From a virus: 64,000 bases of DNA. The DNA lies in the IMG/VR virus record IMGVR_UViG_3300025585_000040, positions 13,652 through 77,651 of that record. One strand, given 5' to 3'. Made by a program: the position numbers and the translations under genes. The notes beneath the pieces are model-generated. The model searched no databases. It was not told where the DNA came from and saw nothing but the letters and a program-made list of their open reading frames with translations. Below, in pieces: positions 63,347 to 64,000 of this stretch (within the stretch, counting starts at the first letter, position 1; every line of letters begins with the position of its first letter).

Positions 63347-63730
63347 ATGACTCTTCCATCAACCGCCTGGTACGAATCGCTGGAAGCCCTCGAGCCGGCG
63401 GACCTTGTGTTCACCGACATGACTGAGGGCGACAGCTGGTCGGTCAATCCTGAGGATTACCGCACAATCGAGCAAGCCATCTGCCGTTTGCAGGGCGACG
63501 GCTACCGCCTGGAAGCCTGCAGCGATGGCGTCACCCGGTACGTCCGGCACGACGCCATGAATGCAATCGAAGCCTGCAGCGGCACCGAGCAGGCAGTGTT
63601 CTTCCTCGAGAAGCCAGGCCACCACTGCACTTTGTTTGTGGTGTGGGGCCTGGGCGAGGACTGTATCGCTGACTTCTCAGCCGACTGCCAGGCTGAGCTC
63701 GACAGGATCGAGGACCTGATCTACGCTTGA
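63347..63730 (+). CDS. early hypothetical protein
   Basis: AAGGA SD, acidic, GC-rich coding. Confidence 0.65.
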   Translation: MTLPSTAWYESLEALEPADLVFTDMTEGDSWSVNPEDYRTIEQAICRLQGDGYRLEACSDGVTRYVRHDAMNAIEACSGTEQAVFFLEKPGHHCTLFVVWGLGEDCIADFSADCQAELDRIEDLIYA

Positions 63731-63735
63731 CACCA

Positions 63736-63771
63736 GGGGGCTCCGGCCCCCTTCATTCCACCTAGCAAGGA
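63736..63771 (+). repeat. intergenic module copy 2: GC hairpin + identical 21-nt leader
   Basis: GGGGGC-TCCG-GCCCCC then CTTCATTCCACCTAGCAAGGA. Confidence 0.8.
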
Positions 63772-63779
63772 GACTGATC

Positions 63780-63959
63780 ATGACTTTTGACCGCGATTCC
63801 CTGATTGCTGATTACGCTCAGCAAGTTATGGACTCCATGGACATGAAGACAATGGAGTGTTTCGTTTATGACACTCTCAAGGACAATCTTTCCTCTTATT
63901 CGGATGAAGAATTGATCAAAGAGGTCAAAGAGTACAATCCGGAACTTCTCGAAGGTTGA
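63780..63959 (+). CDS. early hypothetical protein (59 aa, not in ORF track)
   Basis: MTFDRDSLIADYAQQVMDSMDMKTM...YSDEELIKEVKEYNPELLEG; AAGGAG SD. Confidence 0.7.
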   Translation: MTFDRDSLIADYAQQVMDSMDMKTMECFVYDTLKDNLSSYSDEELIKEVKEYNPELLEG

Positions 63960-64000
63960 ACCATGCAAGGGGGCTTCGGCCCCCAATTTTTCAAGTTGAT

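Overview
About 64 kb of a tailed dsDNA phage genome, almost certainly a cyanophage of picocyanobacteria (two NblA-like genes, SpeD, Dps, 2OG-Fe(II) hydroxylase, tRNA-Leu(UAA)). The gene set recalls freshwater S-EIV1-like phages, but that is from memory and unverified. Replication and nucleotide genes lie mostly on the + strand (T7-type PolA, dCMP deaminase, SSB, PD-(D/E)XK exonuclease, Prim-Pol/D5 primase-helicase). Virion, lysis and packaging genes lie mostly on the - strand (terminase, portal, scaffold, major capsid, fibres, endolysin), and an early-gene region starts near 63 kb. The strongest observation is a gene absent from the ORF track (46000..46275, - strand). It is split by a 27-nt in-frame gap with the layout of the T4 gene 60 ribosomal bypass: take-off codon UCG, immediate UAG stop inside a UAGCC-GUAA-GGCUA hairpin, AU-rich spacer, matching landing codon UCG. 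An Endo VII-type nuclease gene overlaps its start, as mobA sits next to gene 60 in T4. Two other HNH genes carry recoded copies of the 3' end of the gene they follow. All family assignments come from motif recognition by eye, with no database searches.
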